Below are positions 16,460-23,860 of a DNA stretch of 35,178 nucleotides, piece by piece. The position numbers and the translations under genes are program-made. Numbering within the stretch: position 1 is the stretch's first letter; every line of letters begins with the position of its first letter. Below the pieces are notes generated by a model. It was not told the origin of the DNA and made no database searches. It worked only from the letters and a program-made list of their open reading frames with translations. The stretch comes from a virus. The stretch lies in IMG/VR virus record IMGVR_UViG_3300021326_000002; one strand, written 5' to 3'.

Positions 16460-17092
16460 TCATTCAACCCACATTCTCGGCGGCAAATGTGCTATTTCTT
16501 TGTCGAACGCTTCGCCGCTCTTGCCCGTGAGGTCTTTGTACAAAAGGTTAATGCGTTCGTTCTTTTGCGCCAGTAGCGCGCCCCTTTCGTCCAGTTCTTC
16601 AACAATAGACGTTAAGCAATCATGCGCCGCCTTTATGTCATAAAACATAACGATCGTCATTAACACTTTACGGAAATTGCGTATTAACTCTTGCTTTGTC
16701 AGCCGCATAAGCCGTTTTTCGCATTCTTGTACGGCGAGTTCTTCTTCAAAAGACGTAAGTTTGTAATAGTCCAGTTCCGCGGCGTCCCAGCCGTAAACGG
16801 TGAAAAGATCGCCTAAAAGATTGACCGTCATATCGTCCCAAACCTCGGACAAGGTATCGTATTCGCCGTAACAGTCGTATTCGGTAAGCTGTTCATACAT
16901 AGCCCACGCCCCGGCGGATAATTCGTCGAATTGGTCTTTATAGTCGTTGTAGTAGCCCTCGACGCTGGTATCTTCATAGCCGTACATATCGCCGTTCTCA
17001 CCGATCTCGTCGAGCCAGTCCGTTATATTGTCATAGCTCAACGACGCGGCTAAACACGACTTTTTGTAAAGCGGCGTTTTGCTTTTCTTCAT
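16460..17092 (-). CDS. Hypothetical highly acidic protein (210 aa)
   Basis: ATG at 17092 preceded by AAGGGGG. The N-terminal half is rich in D/E/Y. Confidence 0.5.
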   Translation of the reverse strand: MKKSKTPLYKKSCLAASLSYDNITDWLDEIGENGDMYGYEDTSVEGYYNDYKDQFDELSAGAWAMYEQLTEYDCYGEYDTLSEVWDDMTVNLLGDLFTVYGWDAAELDYYKLTSFEEELAVQECEKRLMRLTKQELIRNFRKVLMTIVMFYDIKAAHDCLTSIVEELDERGALLAQKNERINLLYKDLTGKSGEAFDKEIAHLPPRMWVE

Positions 17093-17105
17093 AATTGCCG
17101 CCCCC

Positions 17106-17384
17106 TTAATGACAAATGATGTAGTCGAAAACATCACGCGCCGTTGCGGCTAGGCTATCGCCGTCAACGCGGATTGACACCTCATGCCCGTTGTTGTACT
17201 GGATTGAAACATATTCCCTACCGTCACATATCCAGTATTCAAGGCTGTGTATGTTTGTGTCAGCCTTTTTGACGGCTGCCGATAATTCCCCTTTGACAAA
17301 TAGGGCTTTGCTTGACTGCGATTTAGTCATACTCAAATCGGCGTTAATTGCCTCGGCTGCGTTAGTTTTAACATAAAAGTTCAT
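17106..17384 (-). CDS. Hypothetical protein (92 aa)
   Basis: ATG with an extended SD (GAAACGGAGTGATTT). Confidence 0.5.
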   Translation of the reverse strand: MNFYVKTNAAEAINADLSMTKSQSSKALFVKGELSAAVKKADTNIHSLEYWICDGREYVSIQYNNGHEVSIRVDGDSLAATARDVFDYIICH

Positions 17385-17427
17385 GAAATCACTCCGTTTC
17401 TATATAAAGCCTGCTGGTTATGCACTT

Positions 17428-17450
17428 TAACTTACGTAATGTGTAAGTTA
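17428..17450. promoter_or_regulatory. Operator-like inverted repeat, distal copy: TAACTTACG-N5-TGTAAGTTA
   Basis: Same 9-N5-9 architecture and half-site as the copy at 17693-17715. Overlaps the 3' end of the cro-like gene. Confidence 0.4.
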
Positions 17451-17671
17451 CGTGCAAAAAAAATATTACCTGCATTCTGTGGGGGAATGTCAAGAGCCGC
17501 TACAAGTTTATACATAGCGTCCGAGGACGGCTGCGCCGTGCCTTTTAGTATCTTCCCGAGTGTAGTTCTGTCAATCCCGCTTGCTTTTGCAAGGTCAACC
17601 GTCTTAACAAAGCCCTTTTCAATCATCATTTTTCTAAGAGCGACGGTATCAGTTATAAATAAACTGCTCAT
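17432..17671 (-). CDS. Cro-like XRE-family HTH regulator (79 aa)
   Basis: HTH VDLAKASGIDRTTLGKILKG. First gene of the leftward operon, divergent from the repressor gene. Confidence 0.75.
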   Translation of the reverse strand: MSSLFITDTVALRKMMIEKGFVKTVDLAKASGIDRTTLGKILKGTAQPSSDAMYKLVAALDIPPQNAGNIFFARNLHIT

Positions 17672-17692
17672 GCTTTCAACCTCCTTAATTTC

Positions 17693-17715
17693 AAACTTAC
17701 GTACCCCGTAAGTTT
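17693..17715. promoter_or_regulatory. Operator: perfect inverted repeat AAACTTACG-N5-CGTAAGTTT
   Basis: Abuts the -10 element and covers the predicted transcription start of the leftward (lytic) promoter. Confidence 0.55.
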
Positions 17716-17744
17716 ATAATAACATACTTTAATTCAGTTGTCAA
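17716..17744 (-). promoter_or_regulatory. Leftward early/lytic promoter: TTGACA, 17-nt spacer, TGT-TATTAT
   Basis: Consensus -35 (17739-17744), 17-nt spacer, extended -10 (17716-21 plus TGn). Confidence 0.6.
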
Positions 17745-17785
17745 GCCCTTTTTTCAAGTTTTTTTATATTTTTGCTGAAAATGTC

Positions 17786-17814
17786 TTGCATTTTGCGTTA
17801 GTTTGTGTTATTAT
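17786..17814 (+). promoter_or_regulatory. Rightward repressor promoter: TTGCAT, 17-nt spacer, TGT-TATTAT
   Basis: -35 at 17786-17791 and extended -10 at 17806-17814, 33 nt upstream of the repressor ATG. Confidence 0.55.
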
Positions 17815-17846
17815 AAGATTATAACATAGTTAAAGGCGGTGTTGAT

Positions 17847-18221
17847 ATGGCAATATTGCAGGATAGAATAAAAGAACGGCGAAACGCTCTCGGGCTAACT
17901 TTGTTAGAAATTGCCGAGCAATTAAATGTAACCGAGGCTACAATGCAGCGTTATGAAAACGGACAAATAAAGAATATAAAGCACGAAACAATATACGCAC
18001 TTTCGCAAATACTAAAGTGTAGCCCATCTTATTTAATGGGGTGGTCTAATAGCATATCGGAAAAGCCTGCTGTTGATAATGGCAAATTATCAGACCGTCA
18101 AAAACGCATTGTCGAATTGTTCAACGATCTAACCGACGAACAACAAGATAACCTGATAGGGCGCGCCGAAATGCTTGTTGAATTGAACGAACAAGAATAC
18201 AAACGGCAAGAGAACGCATAA
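17847..18221 (+). CDS. CI-like XRE-family repressor (124 aa)
   Basis: HTH LTLLEIAEQLNVTEATMQRYENGQ. Divergent from the cro-like gene and heads the int-containing plus-strand block. Confidence 0.8.
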   Translation: MAILQDRIKERRNALGLTLLEIAEQLNVTEATMQRYENGQIKNIKHETIYALSQILKCSPSYLMGWSNSISEKPAVDNGKLSDRQKRIVELFNDLTDEQQDNLIGRAEMLVELNEQEYKRQENA

Positions 18222-18257
18222 AGGTACATATTTGTAAGCATTAAAAGGGGTGGTTTT

Positions 18258-19061
18258 ATGGCATTTAAACGCAAAACAGCTATAATTATCGTGCTTTCGC
18301 TTTCTGTTCTTGCTTCTTGTGGCAATAGCTCGGGCGGTTCTTCCACAAATCCGGCTATCAGCACGCAGGAAACATCAACCGTTACAACAACTACACAAGC
18401 GGAAATTACAACCACAACAACCGAAACAACAACTACAACAAAAGAAACAACAACTACCACAACAAAAGCGACGACTAAAGCAACTGAAACGACAACAAGC
18501 GGACATAGGTATTATATACTTAATCACAATACGGGCAAGATACATAACCCGTTATGTCACACTTTGGAGGATAGCAGCGACGAATACGAGGAATTGATTG
18601 ATATTGGTATGGATTGGGTGAACGCTAACGGTTATTCGCTGTGCAAGGTTTGTAACCCTATCGTACCGCCTACGTCAGACAATAACCCGACAACCACAAC
18701 AAAAGAATATGACCGCAACTATTATCCGTTTAGTGAACAAAAAGAGATCAAATTAAAATATGACGCTGTTCTGTATTTTGCACCCGATAAAACGTCCGAC
18801 GACTTGTATAAATTTGGTGCAGGTACAATTTTAATTGCTGTCGGTGAAACAAGCGACTTTTTCGCGGTCACTATGAATAATGAAATAGTATTCTGTGAAA
18901 AGGTTGCTGCCGAATACTATTCCGAGCCTGTCTATACTGACGCTCCGCAAACAGACCCACCGCAAACAGACCCACCGCAAACCGAGCCGCCTCAAACAGA
19001 CGTACCGCAAACAGACCCGCCACAAACAGACCCGCCACAAACGCTTGCGGTAACGGAATAA
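18258..19061 (+). CDS. Lysogeny-module lipoprotein (moron) with a Thr-rich linker, Cys/His motif, SH3b-like segment and C-terminal TDPPQ repeats (267 aa)
   Basis: Signal peptide plus lipobox LSVLAS-C. TTTTQAEITTTTTETTTTTKETTTTTT. H-x3-C...C-x2-C (HNPLCH...LCKVCNP). Seven pentapeptide repeats at the C-terminus. Confidence 0.75.
   Translation: MAFKRKTAIIIVLSLSVLASCGNSSGGSSTNPAISTQETSTVTTTTQAEITTTTTETTTTTKETTTTTTKATTKATETTTSGHRYYILNHNTGKIHNPLCHTLEDSSDEYEELIDIGMDWVNANGYSLCKVCNPIVPPTSDNNPTTTTKEYDRNYYPFSEQKEIKLKYDAVLYFAPDKTSDDLYKFGAGTILIAVGETSDFFAVTMNNEIVFCEKVAAEYYSEPVYTDAPQTDPPQTDPPQTEPPQTDVPQTDPPQTDPPQTLAVTE
18936..19040 (+). repeat. Seven tandem 15-bp repeats encoding T-D/E-x-P-Q
   Basis: The unit acagacccaccgcaa and variants were read directly, in frame with the lipoprotein ORF. 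Confidence 0.85.
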
Positions 19062-19073
19062 AGGGGCGTTATT

Positions 19074-20684
19074 ATGGCAACAAAGAATGACGATAAATTG
19101 ATAACGGGCTACATATACGCCCGCTATTCCCCCGGACCGCAACAAACCGAGGCAAGTATCGAGGGGCAAGTCCGCGAATGCAAGGAATATGCGGACCGTA
19201 ACGGCATACGCATTATAAACGTATATTCAGATAGCAAGCAGACGGGGCGCAATGACAAGCGAGCGGGCTTTCAACAAATGCTCCGTGATTGCAAGCGAGG
19301 CGGCGTGTCCGTCGTGCTGGTATGGAAATTAGACCGTTTCGGGCGCAATCGTGCAGAAATAGCACAAAACCGCGCTTTGCTGAAATTGTCGGGCGTCAAG
19401 GTCGTTTCCGCTATGGAGCATATACCCGAAACGCCCGAGGGCATTATCCTTGAAAGTGTCCTCGAGGGTATGGCTGAATACTATTCCGCTAACCTTGCGG
19501 AAAATGTAAAACGTGGGTTAAAAGAAAACGCCCTGCAATGCAAGGCGAACGGGGCGGGGCAAAGTTTAGGCTATGTTGTCGGTGATGATCGGCGGTACAA
19601 GATAGAGCCGAGCGAGGCGGCTATCGTCAAGCGGATATTTACCGAATACGACGACGGCGCAAAGATCGCGGACATTTGGCGCGGGCTTGTGGCTGCCGGG
19701 GTAAAGACAAAACGCGGCAAAGAGTTTACACAATACGGGATAGCGCGTATTTTAAGCAACCGTGCGTATATAGGCGAATACCGATACGGCGACATTGTAA
19801 CGCCCGGCGGTATGCCCCGCATTATTGACGACGATCTATTTGAACGCGTGCAGGCGCGACGGAATGCGGGCAAATCCGCGCCGACGCGGCGGAGTACAAG
19901 CTGTGACGTTGATTTTCTGCTTACGGGTAAGTGCGTTTGCGGCTGCTGTAAAGGCACAATGCGCGGCACGTCGGGAACGGGCAAAAGCGGGCATAAGTTC
20001 TATTATTACGCTTGCCACAACAAAATATACAAGCACGCTAAATGTACCAAAAAGAACGTTAATAAAGAATGGCTCGAGGGCGAGGTTACGCGCTTGACCG
20101 TCGAATATATCTTGACCGACGAAATAATAGACTTTATCGCCGAAAAGGTCATAGAGGTGCAGGTTGCCGAACAAGCGGACAAATCAATGTTACAATACTA
20201 TGAAAACGAATTAAAGGAAACGCAACGCGCCTTGAATAACATTGTAAAGGCTATCGAGGACGGGCTTGTAACGTCCAGCACAAAAGCCCGCTTGTTTGAG
20301 TTAGAGGAACGCAAAGCCGCGTTAGAAATCAACATTGAAAAAGAGAAAATACAATACCCGCCCCTCGACAAAATGCAAGTTGTGTATTTCTTGCAGCGCT
20401 TCAAGGGCGGCTCGGTTGATGATAAGGAATACCAACGGCAAATAATAGACCTGTTCGTCAATCGCGTGATCGTGTACGACGACAAGATCACTATTACATA
20501 CAACGTCAGCGGCGAACACAACGAATTGACCGCCGATATTATAGAAAAGGCTGCAAATTCGGCGGAGTCGGGGTGTTCGACTAAATACACGTCAAGTCCA
20601 TCATTTGCAGAAAAGTCGAACACTGTTACAATATTCTTTGTCGGTGGACTTTTCGGAATAACCGTAAAAACCCGCAAGGCGTAA
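19074..20684 (+). CDS. int: Large serine recombinase (integrase) (536 aa)
   Basis: Resolvase-type N-terminus YIYARYSPGPQQTEASIEGQ...VLVWKLDRFGRN, a recombinase domain, a Cys-rich zinc ribbon (CVCGCCKG...) and a coiled coil. Confidence 0.9.
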   Translation: MATKNDDKLITGYIYARYSPGPQQTEASIEGQVRECKEYADRNGIRIINVYSDSKQTGRNDKRAGFQQMLRDCKRGGVSVVLVWKLDRFGRNRAEIAQNRALLKLSGVKVVSAMEHIPETPEGIILESVLEGMAEYYSANLAENVKRGLKENALQCKANGAGQSLGYVVGDDRRYKIEPSEAAIVKRIFTEYDDGAKIADIWRGLVAAGVKTKRGKEFTQYGIARILSNRAYIGEYRYGDIVTPGGMPRIIDDDLFERVQARRNAGKSAPTRRSTSCDVDFLLTGKCVCGCCKGTMRGTSGTGKSGHKFYYYACHNKIYKHAKCTKKNVNKEWLEGEVTRLTVEYILTDEIIDFIAEKVIEVQVAEQADKSMLQYYENELKETQRALNNIVKAIEDGLVTSSTKARLFELEERKAALEINIEKEKIQYPPLDKMQVVYFLQRFKGGSVDDKEYQRQIIDLFVNRVIVYDDKITITYNVSGEHNELTADIIEKAANSAESGCSTKYTSSPSFAEKSNTVTIFFVGGLFGITVKTRKA

Positions 20685-20700
20685 GCCCTGCGGGTTTTGT
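20666..20700. terminator. Bidirectional intrinsic terminator between the convergent int and endolysin genes
   Basis: aaaaa-cccgcaaggc-gtaa-gccctgcggg-ttttgttt. The integrase stop codon lies in the loop. Confidence 0.65.
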
Positions 20701-20737
20701 TTGTTGTGCATAAATATTCAGCTCGCGTTTTTGTGCA

Positions 20738-21616
20738 TTATTTCATAAGCATTTCGCCCAGCGCCTTTACAAGCCTGCTGCCTGCAATACCGTTCTGCTT
20801 ATAGCCGAGCCGCTTCAAAAGCTCATTAGTAGCCTTTTCTGTGCCGTCGCCGAATACGTTGTCATTGTTGACCTTTACGGAAACGATCTTTTTTGCGTAT
20901 GCTATCAAAAGCAGCTGCTTGTAAGAAAGTATGCCGAGGCTCTTGTCGCCTTTTTTTGCCCCGCTTGTGTCAAGCACCTTTTCGCCGCTTTCCTGCTTCT
21001 TATATCCGTTGTACCCGCCGCTCTTGATCGTGTTCGGGTAATCGACGTAGCAATAATCGCAATCAACATTGCCACTTATTCCGTTTACCTTGCCGCTGGA
21101 TGTGTACTGCCACATTGCATACGTTCCCGAATAATTCAGCTTGCTTGCATATTCCGCAACCCACAAAGTATAACGCCTTGCAACATCGTTTGAAATGTAG
21201 CTTTGCAGCGGCGAACGGGATATATAAAGCCCAGCGAAATATCCGCACTTTTCCAACTCCCCACAAAAAGCCTTTACTAAGCTGTCGCAAAACGACTTAC
21301 CCCTAACAAACTGTGCTTTTTCCTCGAGGTCAAAAAAGATAGGGTATTCAAACTTTTTGCCGCTAATGATCGTCATGCAGGCTTTAGCCTCGGCGATCGC
21401 GTCGGCGGTGCTGGTAGCGTATGAATACCAATACACGCCGACGTCAAGCCCTGCCGCCTTTGCGTTCTTATAGTTCTGTTCAAAGTACGGGTCTTTCTGC
21501 GACGTGTACTTGCCAAAGCCCGCACGAATGATAGCAAACATGACACCCGCCGCCTTGACCTTTGCAAAATCAATATTACCTTGATACTGTGAAATGTCTA
21601 TGCCCTTTATAGTCAT
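20738..21616 (-). CDS. Endolysin: GH25 muramidase with a C-terminal cell-wall-binding region (292 aa)
   Basis: IKGIDISQYQGNIDFAKVKAAGVMFAIIRAG. ATG at 21616 with GGAGGG RBS, chosen over the longer track ORF. Confidence 0.85.
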   Translation of the reverse strand: MTIKGIDISQYQGNIDFAKVKAAGVMFAIIRAGFGKYTSQKDPYFEQNYKNAKAAGLDVGVYWYSYATSTADAIAEAKACMTIISGKKFEYPIFFDLEEKAQFVRGKSFCDSLVKAFCGELEKCGYFAGLYISRSPLQSYISNDVARRYTLWVAEYASKLNYSGTYAMWQYTSSGKVNGISGNVDCDYCYVDYPNTIKSGGYNGYKKQESGEKVLDTSGAKKGDKSLGILSYKQLLLIAYAKKIVSVKVNNDNVFGDGTEKATNELLKRLGYKQNGIAGSRLVKALGEMLMK

Positions 21617-21617
21617 A

Positions 21618-22079
21618 TTATCCCTCCTTGTCCTTTTCGTCCGTTTCTGCGTTGTTTTCAACTGCAACTTTCAGTTTATGCACTATTGCCGTAAGGAATG
21701 ACGGCAACGGCACGCCGATTATAGCGAGGTTTTCAAGTATTGAAATCAATTCGTTTATAATCAGCCATATTGCGACGATCACGCCGAATAGATAGTTAAT
21801 TTCAACGTCAATGCCTATCTTTTGCAGACCCGACGCTAAAAGCCAGTCCACAACCGCCGCCACGCATACGACAAGCAGATAGCACACTTTTTTGACAATG
21901 CCTTTAATGCCTGTCCTGCTGGATAGATCGGCATTTATCCACGCTTTAATCATTCCCGTTATGTAGTCGATCACCATAACCAATAGCAGAAATACAAGCG
22001 GTATGGCAATTTCGCGGAAATAAGCAGTCAGCCCGCCGACTATCACGGCAAAAACGGCTTTGAATACATTTTCCCTCAA
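21618..22079 (-). CDS. Holin, phage_holin_4_1 (TcdE-like) type (153 aa, TTG start)
   Basis: Multiple TM helices and the motif VIDYITGMIKAW. AGGAGG lies 8 nt upstream of the TTG at 22079; the track ORF extends to 22115. Confidence 0.75.
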   Translation of the reverse strand: MRENVFKAVFAVIVGGLTAYFREIAIPLVFLLLVMVIDYITGMIKAWINADLSSRTGIKGIVKKVCYLLVVCVAAVVDWLLASGLQKIGIDVEINYLFGVIVAIWLIINELISILENLAIIGVPLPSFLTAIVHKLKVAVENNAETDEKDKEG

Positions 22080-22083
22080 ATCG

Positions 22084-22239
22084 TTACGCCTCCTCGCTGC
22101 CGTCGTCGAAATCAAGCCCGGTAATGGTTTTGTATTCGTCGGCGGTTATCCAGCCTTTGCATACCGCGTCATATACCTGTCTTATGCTCCAATAGCCTTT
22201 ATCATAGTAGCCCTTGACCTTTTCAAATTTCTTACTCAT
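22084..22239 (-). CDS. xkdX: XkdX-family small protein (51 aa); below the ORF-track size cutoff
   Basis: My translation is MSKKFEKVKGYYDKGYWSIRQVYDAVCKGWITADEYKTITGLDFDDGSEEA, the typical XkdX pattern and position upstream of the holin. Confidence 0.7.
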   Translation of the reverse strand: MSKKFEKVKGYYDKGYWSIRQVYDAVCKGWITADEYKTITGLDFDDGSEEA

Positions 22240-22534
22240 TGTCGCCGCCCTCCTTGCTGCTGTCGTCTGCCTCTTCGGCTATAATGTCGCCGTTATCCGA
22301 TACCCCCTTGAAAACGTACTCGGTGTCGTTCGCGTAGAAATGATCGCCGGGGGCTATTTCGTCGGTGATCGTGGTGTCGGTGTCGCTGTCGAGTTCAATA
22401 TCGCACATCATGGCAATATAATCGACGTTCGCCGCGTTCTTGTTGGTGGCTTCGGCAAGCGCTGCATTTTTAGCGCGCTCTCTTATCGCCTGTTCGCTTG
22501 CGGGAATAAATCCAAACATTACAATACCTCCCAT
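22232..22534 (-). CDS. Acidic 100-aa protein, a VR-less paralogue of the N-terminal domain of the second DGR target
   Basis: EIAPGDHFYANDTEYVFKGVSDNGDIIAEEAD compared with DLEPGDHFYYNDYEYVLLDVTDNGDYFAITAD in the 11102-11845 product. Confidence 0.6.
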   Translation of the reverse strand: MGGIVMFGFIPASEQAIRERAKNAALAEATNKNAANVDYIAMMCDIELDSDTDTTITDEIAPGDHFYANDTEYVFKGVSDNGDIIAEEADDSSKEGGDNE

Positions 22535-22705
22535 AAATTATAATAATAGTCTGTCATGCTTGCGATCAGCTTGTAGCAATCGCCCTTTGACGCGTGAGCA
22601 ACCCAGCTTTTGAAACATTCGTCAACGTCCTTGCGGCTCATTAACCCCGCCTTGCAGCGGGAAACAAGTTTCTTTAGCTTTCGACGTTCACGCGTTACCT
22701 TTTTT
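22519..22705 (-). CDS. RT C-terminal (thumb-like) segment, readable only in the +1 frame after the A6 run at 22700-22705
   Basis: My translation is KKVTRERRKLKKLVSRCKAGLMSRKDVDECFKSWVAHASKGDCYKLIASMTDYYYNLWEVL, with its stop at 22519-22521. It would restore an RT of about 350 aa. Confidence 0.6.
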
Positions 22706-23572
22706 AGGCAATACGCGCATTACCACTTTACCCGAGGGCGTCAGCCTAAAACTAAAGCCCATAAAATGTAACGGTTGTGTTATCGGGAAAATGTGCGTTT
22801 TCTTCTTACTCAACTGCAAGCCGAGCGCGGCTAAGTGGTTTTTGATTTGTTCACGGCAAGCCCGCAAATATTCTTTGTCGGGGTGTATCAAAATAAAATC
22901 GTCCATATATCGCACATAGCCTTTTATGTGCAAGGCTTCTTTTATATAATGGTCGAGGTCGTCGAGGACGGCTAATTGTATAAGCTGCGTTACTTGTGAG
23001 CCGAGCCCCATACCCTTTGACGGGTCGCTGCCCTGCGTAAAACTGTTTACAATGCGTTCAACCTCGCCTAACGCCCAACTATCTTTGATGCGCTTTTGAA
23101 CGGCTGCACAAGCGACTATGTGCGGCGTGCTGCCGAAATAGTCGGATATATCGCATTTGAGCACATAGCCGTTACAACCGTATTTGCGGTAATGTCTTTG
23201 TAAATGGCATTTCAAGCGGTTTCGTGCAAAGTCTGTGCCTTTGCCGACTTGACAAGCGGCATTGTCGTAAATGAACGACTTTGAAATGTTTTCAGTTAGG
23301 TAATTATCGCATAAAGACCGTTGAAATACGCGATCTTTTATTCTTGTACTCACAATTACCCTCCTTTTCGGCTCGGTGATCGTGAATACCGTGTATTTGC
23401 CTATCTGATATTTGCCGCTTAACAATTCGTCTTTGAGCAAACAACAATTTACCAAGCCGTTTTTAACAAAGCCTGCCGCACTGTCTTTCCACATTATGCC
23501 GCGTTTACATTTGAGCATAGCCGCGTAAAGACTTTCAAACGAGCATACCGTTAATTTTACATTATCATTCAT
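22688..23572 (-). CDS. DGR reverse transcriptase, main ORF (294 aa as sequenced; apparently truncated by a frameshift)
   Basis: Motifs KRRVIVSTRIKDRVFQ, DISDYFGS, GLGSQVTQL (DGR-type (I/L)GxxxSQ-like) and YMDDFILIH. Confidence 0.85.
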   Translation of the reverse strand: MNDNVKLTVCSFESLYAAMLKCKRGIMWKDSAAGFVKNGLVNCCLLKDELLSGKYQIGKYTVFTITEPKRRVIVSTRIKDRVFQRSLCDNYLTENISKSFIYDNAACQVGKGTDFARNRLKCHLQRHYRKYGCNGYVLKCDISDYFGSTPHIVACAAVQKRIKDSWALGEVERIVNSFTQGSDPSKGMGLGSQVTQLIQLAVLDDLDHYIKEALHIKGYVRYMDDFILIHPDKEYLRACREQIKNHLAALGLQLSKKKTHIFPITQPLHFMGFSFRLTPSGKVVMRVLPKKGNA

Positions 23573-23728
23573 AAAAATAATAATTACGCTGTTTATAGTG
23601 ATACTTACTTGTTTTTCAAGTAAACCACATCAACGTTATACTTTCACCTCTGAAATAGGTTAGGACAATAATTCCTTGTGTGAGTGCTCTGATTTCCGCC
23701 TTTTGGCTTACTTTATGCGGGCGTTTCT
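23573..23728 (-). ncRNA. TR-to-RT spacer, presumed part of the DGR template RNA
   Basis: A 156-nt non-coding stretch between the TR 3' end and the RT start. By analogy with characterised DGRs this region takes part in cDNA priming. Confidence 0.4.
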
Positions 23729-23845
23729 CACAATCCGGGGCGACGCCGTTACTGTTCGTCGCGTTGTTGTTGTTGAGCGCCCCCGACGGGTTGACGTTGC
23801 GGACGTTGTTCGCGTTGCCGACGTTCGGGGAACGCAACCACCAAT
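23729..23845 (-). repeat. DGR template repeat (TR), 117 nt, 28 adenines on the sense strand
   Basis: Rich in AAC codons in the VR reading frame (NVGNANNVRNVNPSGALNNNNATNSNG). Identical to VR1 and VR2 at every non-adenine position. Confidence 0.9.
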
Positions 23846-23860
23846 GATAGCGTTTTACAA

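Noticed and set aside
145-17376. Numerous plus-strand ORFs in the track across the minus-strand gene blocks (for example 145-675, 2967-3605, 15081-15524, and likewise 25208-25783 and 32669-33232)
   Set aside because: They lie antisense to well-supported genes with recognisable products. They lack RBSs and have the Cys/Arg/Ser-rich composition typical of antisense frames.
13017-17400. Recurrent 15-nt motif AAATCACTCC(G/C)TTTC (minus sense GAAA(C/G)GGAGTGATTT) at about 13017, 14873, 16253 and 17386
   Set aside because: Every copy sits immediately upstream of a start codon, and the motif is complementary to an extended anti-Shine-Dalgarno sequence. These are strong RBSs, not a mobile or regulatory repeat family.
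17421-17456. Hairpin tgcac...aacttac-N7-gtaagtt...gtgca, considered as the intrinsic terminator of the cro-like gene
   Set aside because: On the transcribed (minus) strand the U-run precedes the stem rather than following it. On the plus strand the stem is followed by A8. The half-sites also match the operator at 17693-17715, so an operator interpretation is preferred.
18098-20677. Minus-strand ORFs antisense to the lipoprotein and integrase genes (18098-18460, 18831-19169, 19571-19984, 19836-20174, 20198-20677)
   Set aside because: They overlap strongly supported plus-strand genes. The low-complexity VVVV and CLR repeats are reverse-complement images of the Thr-rich and PQTDP repeats.
20685-20737. 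Possible attP core next to the serine integrase gene
   Set aside because: I found only a direct repeat, TTGTGCAT(A/T)A, and no imperfect inverted repeat around a central dinucleotide. attP cannot be located from sequence alone without the bacterial attB or the prophage junctions.
23616-23837. 73-aa minus-strand ORF (MRSPNVGNANNVRNVNPSGALNNNNATNSNG...)
   Set aside because: It is the template repeat plus spacer read in the VR frame. It has a TTG start with no RBS, its Asn-rich sequence reflects the AAC-rich TR, and TRs are non-coding templates in DGRs.
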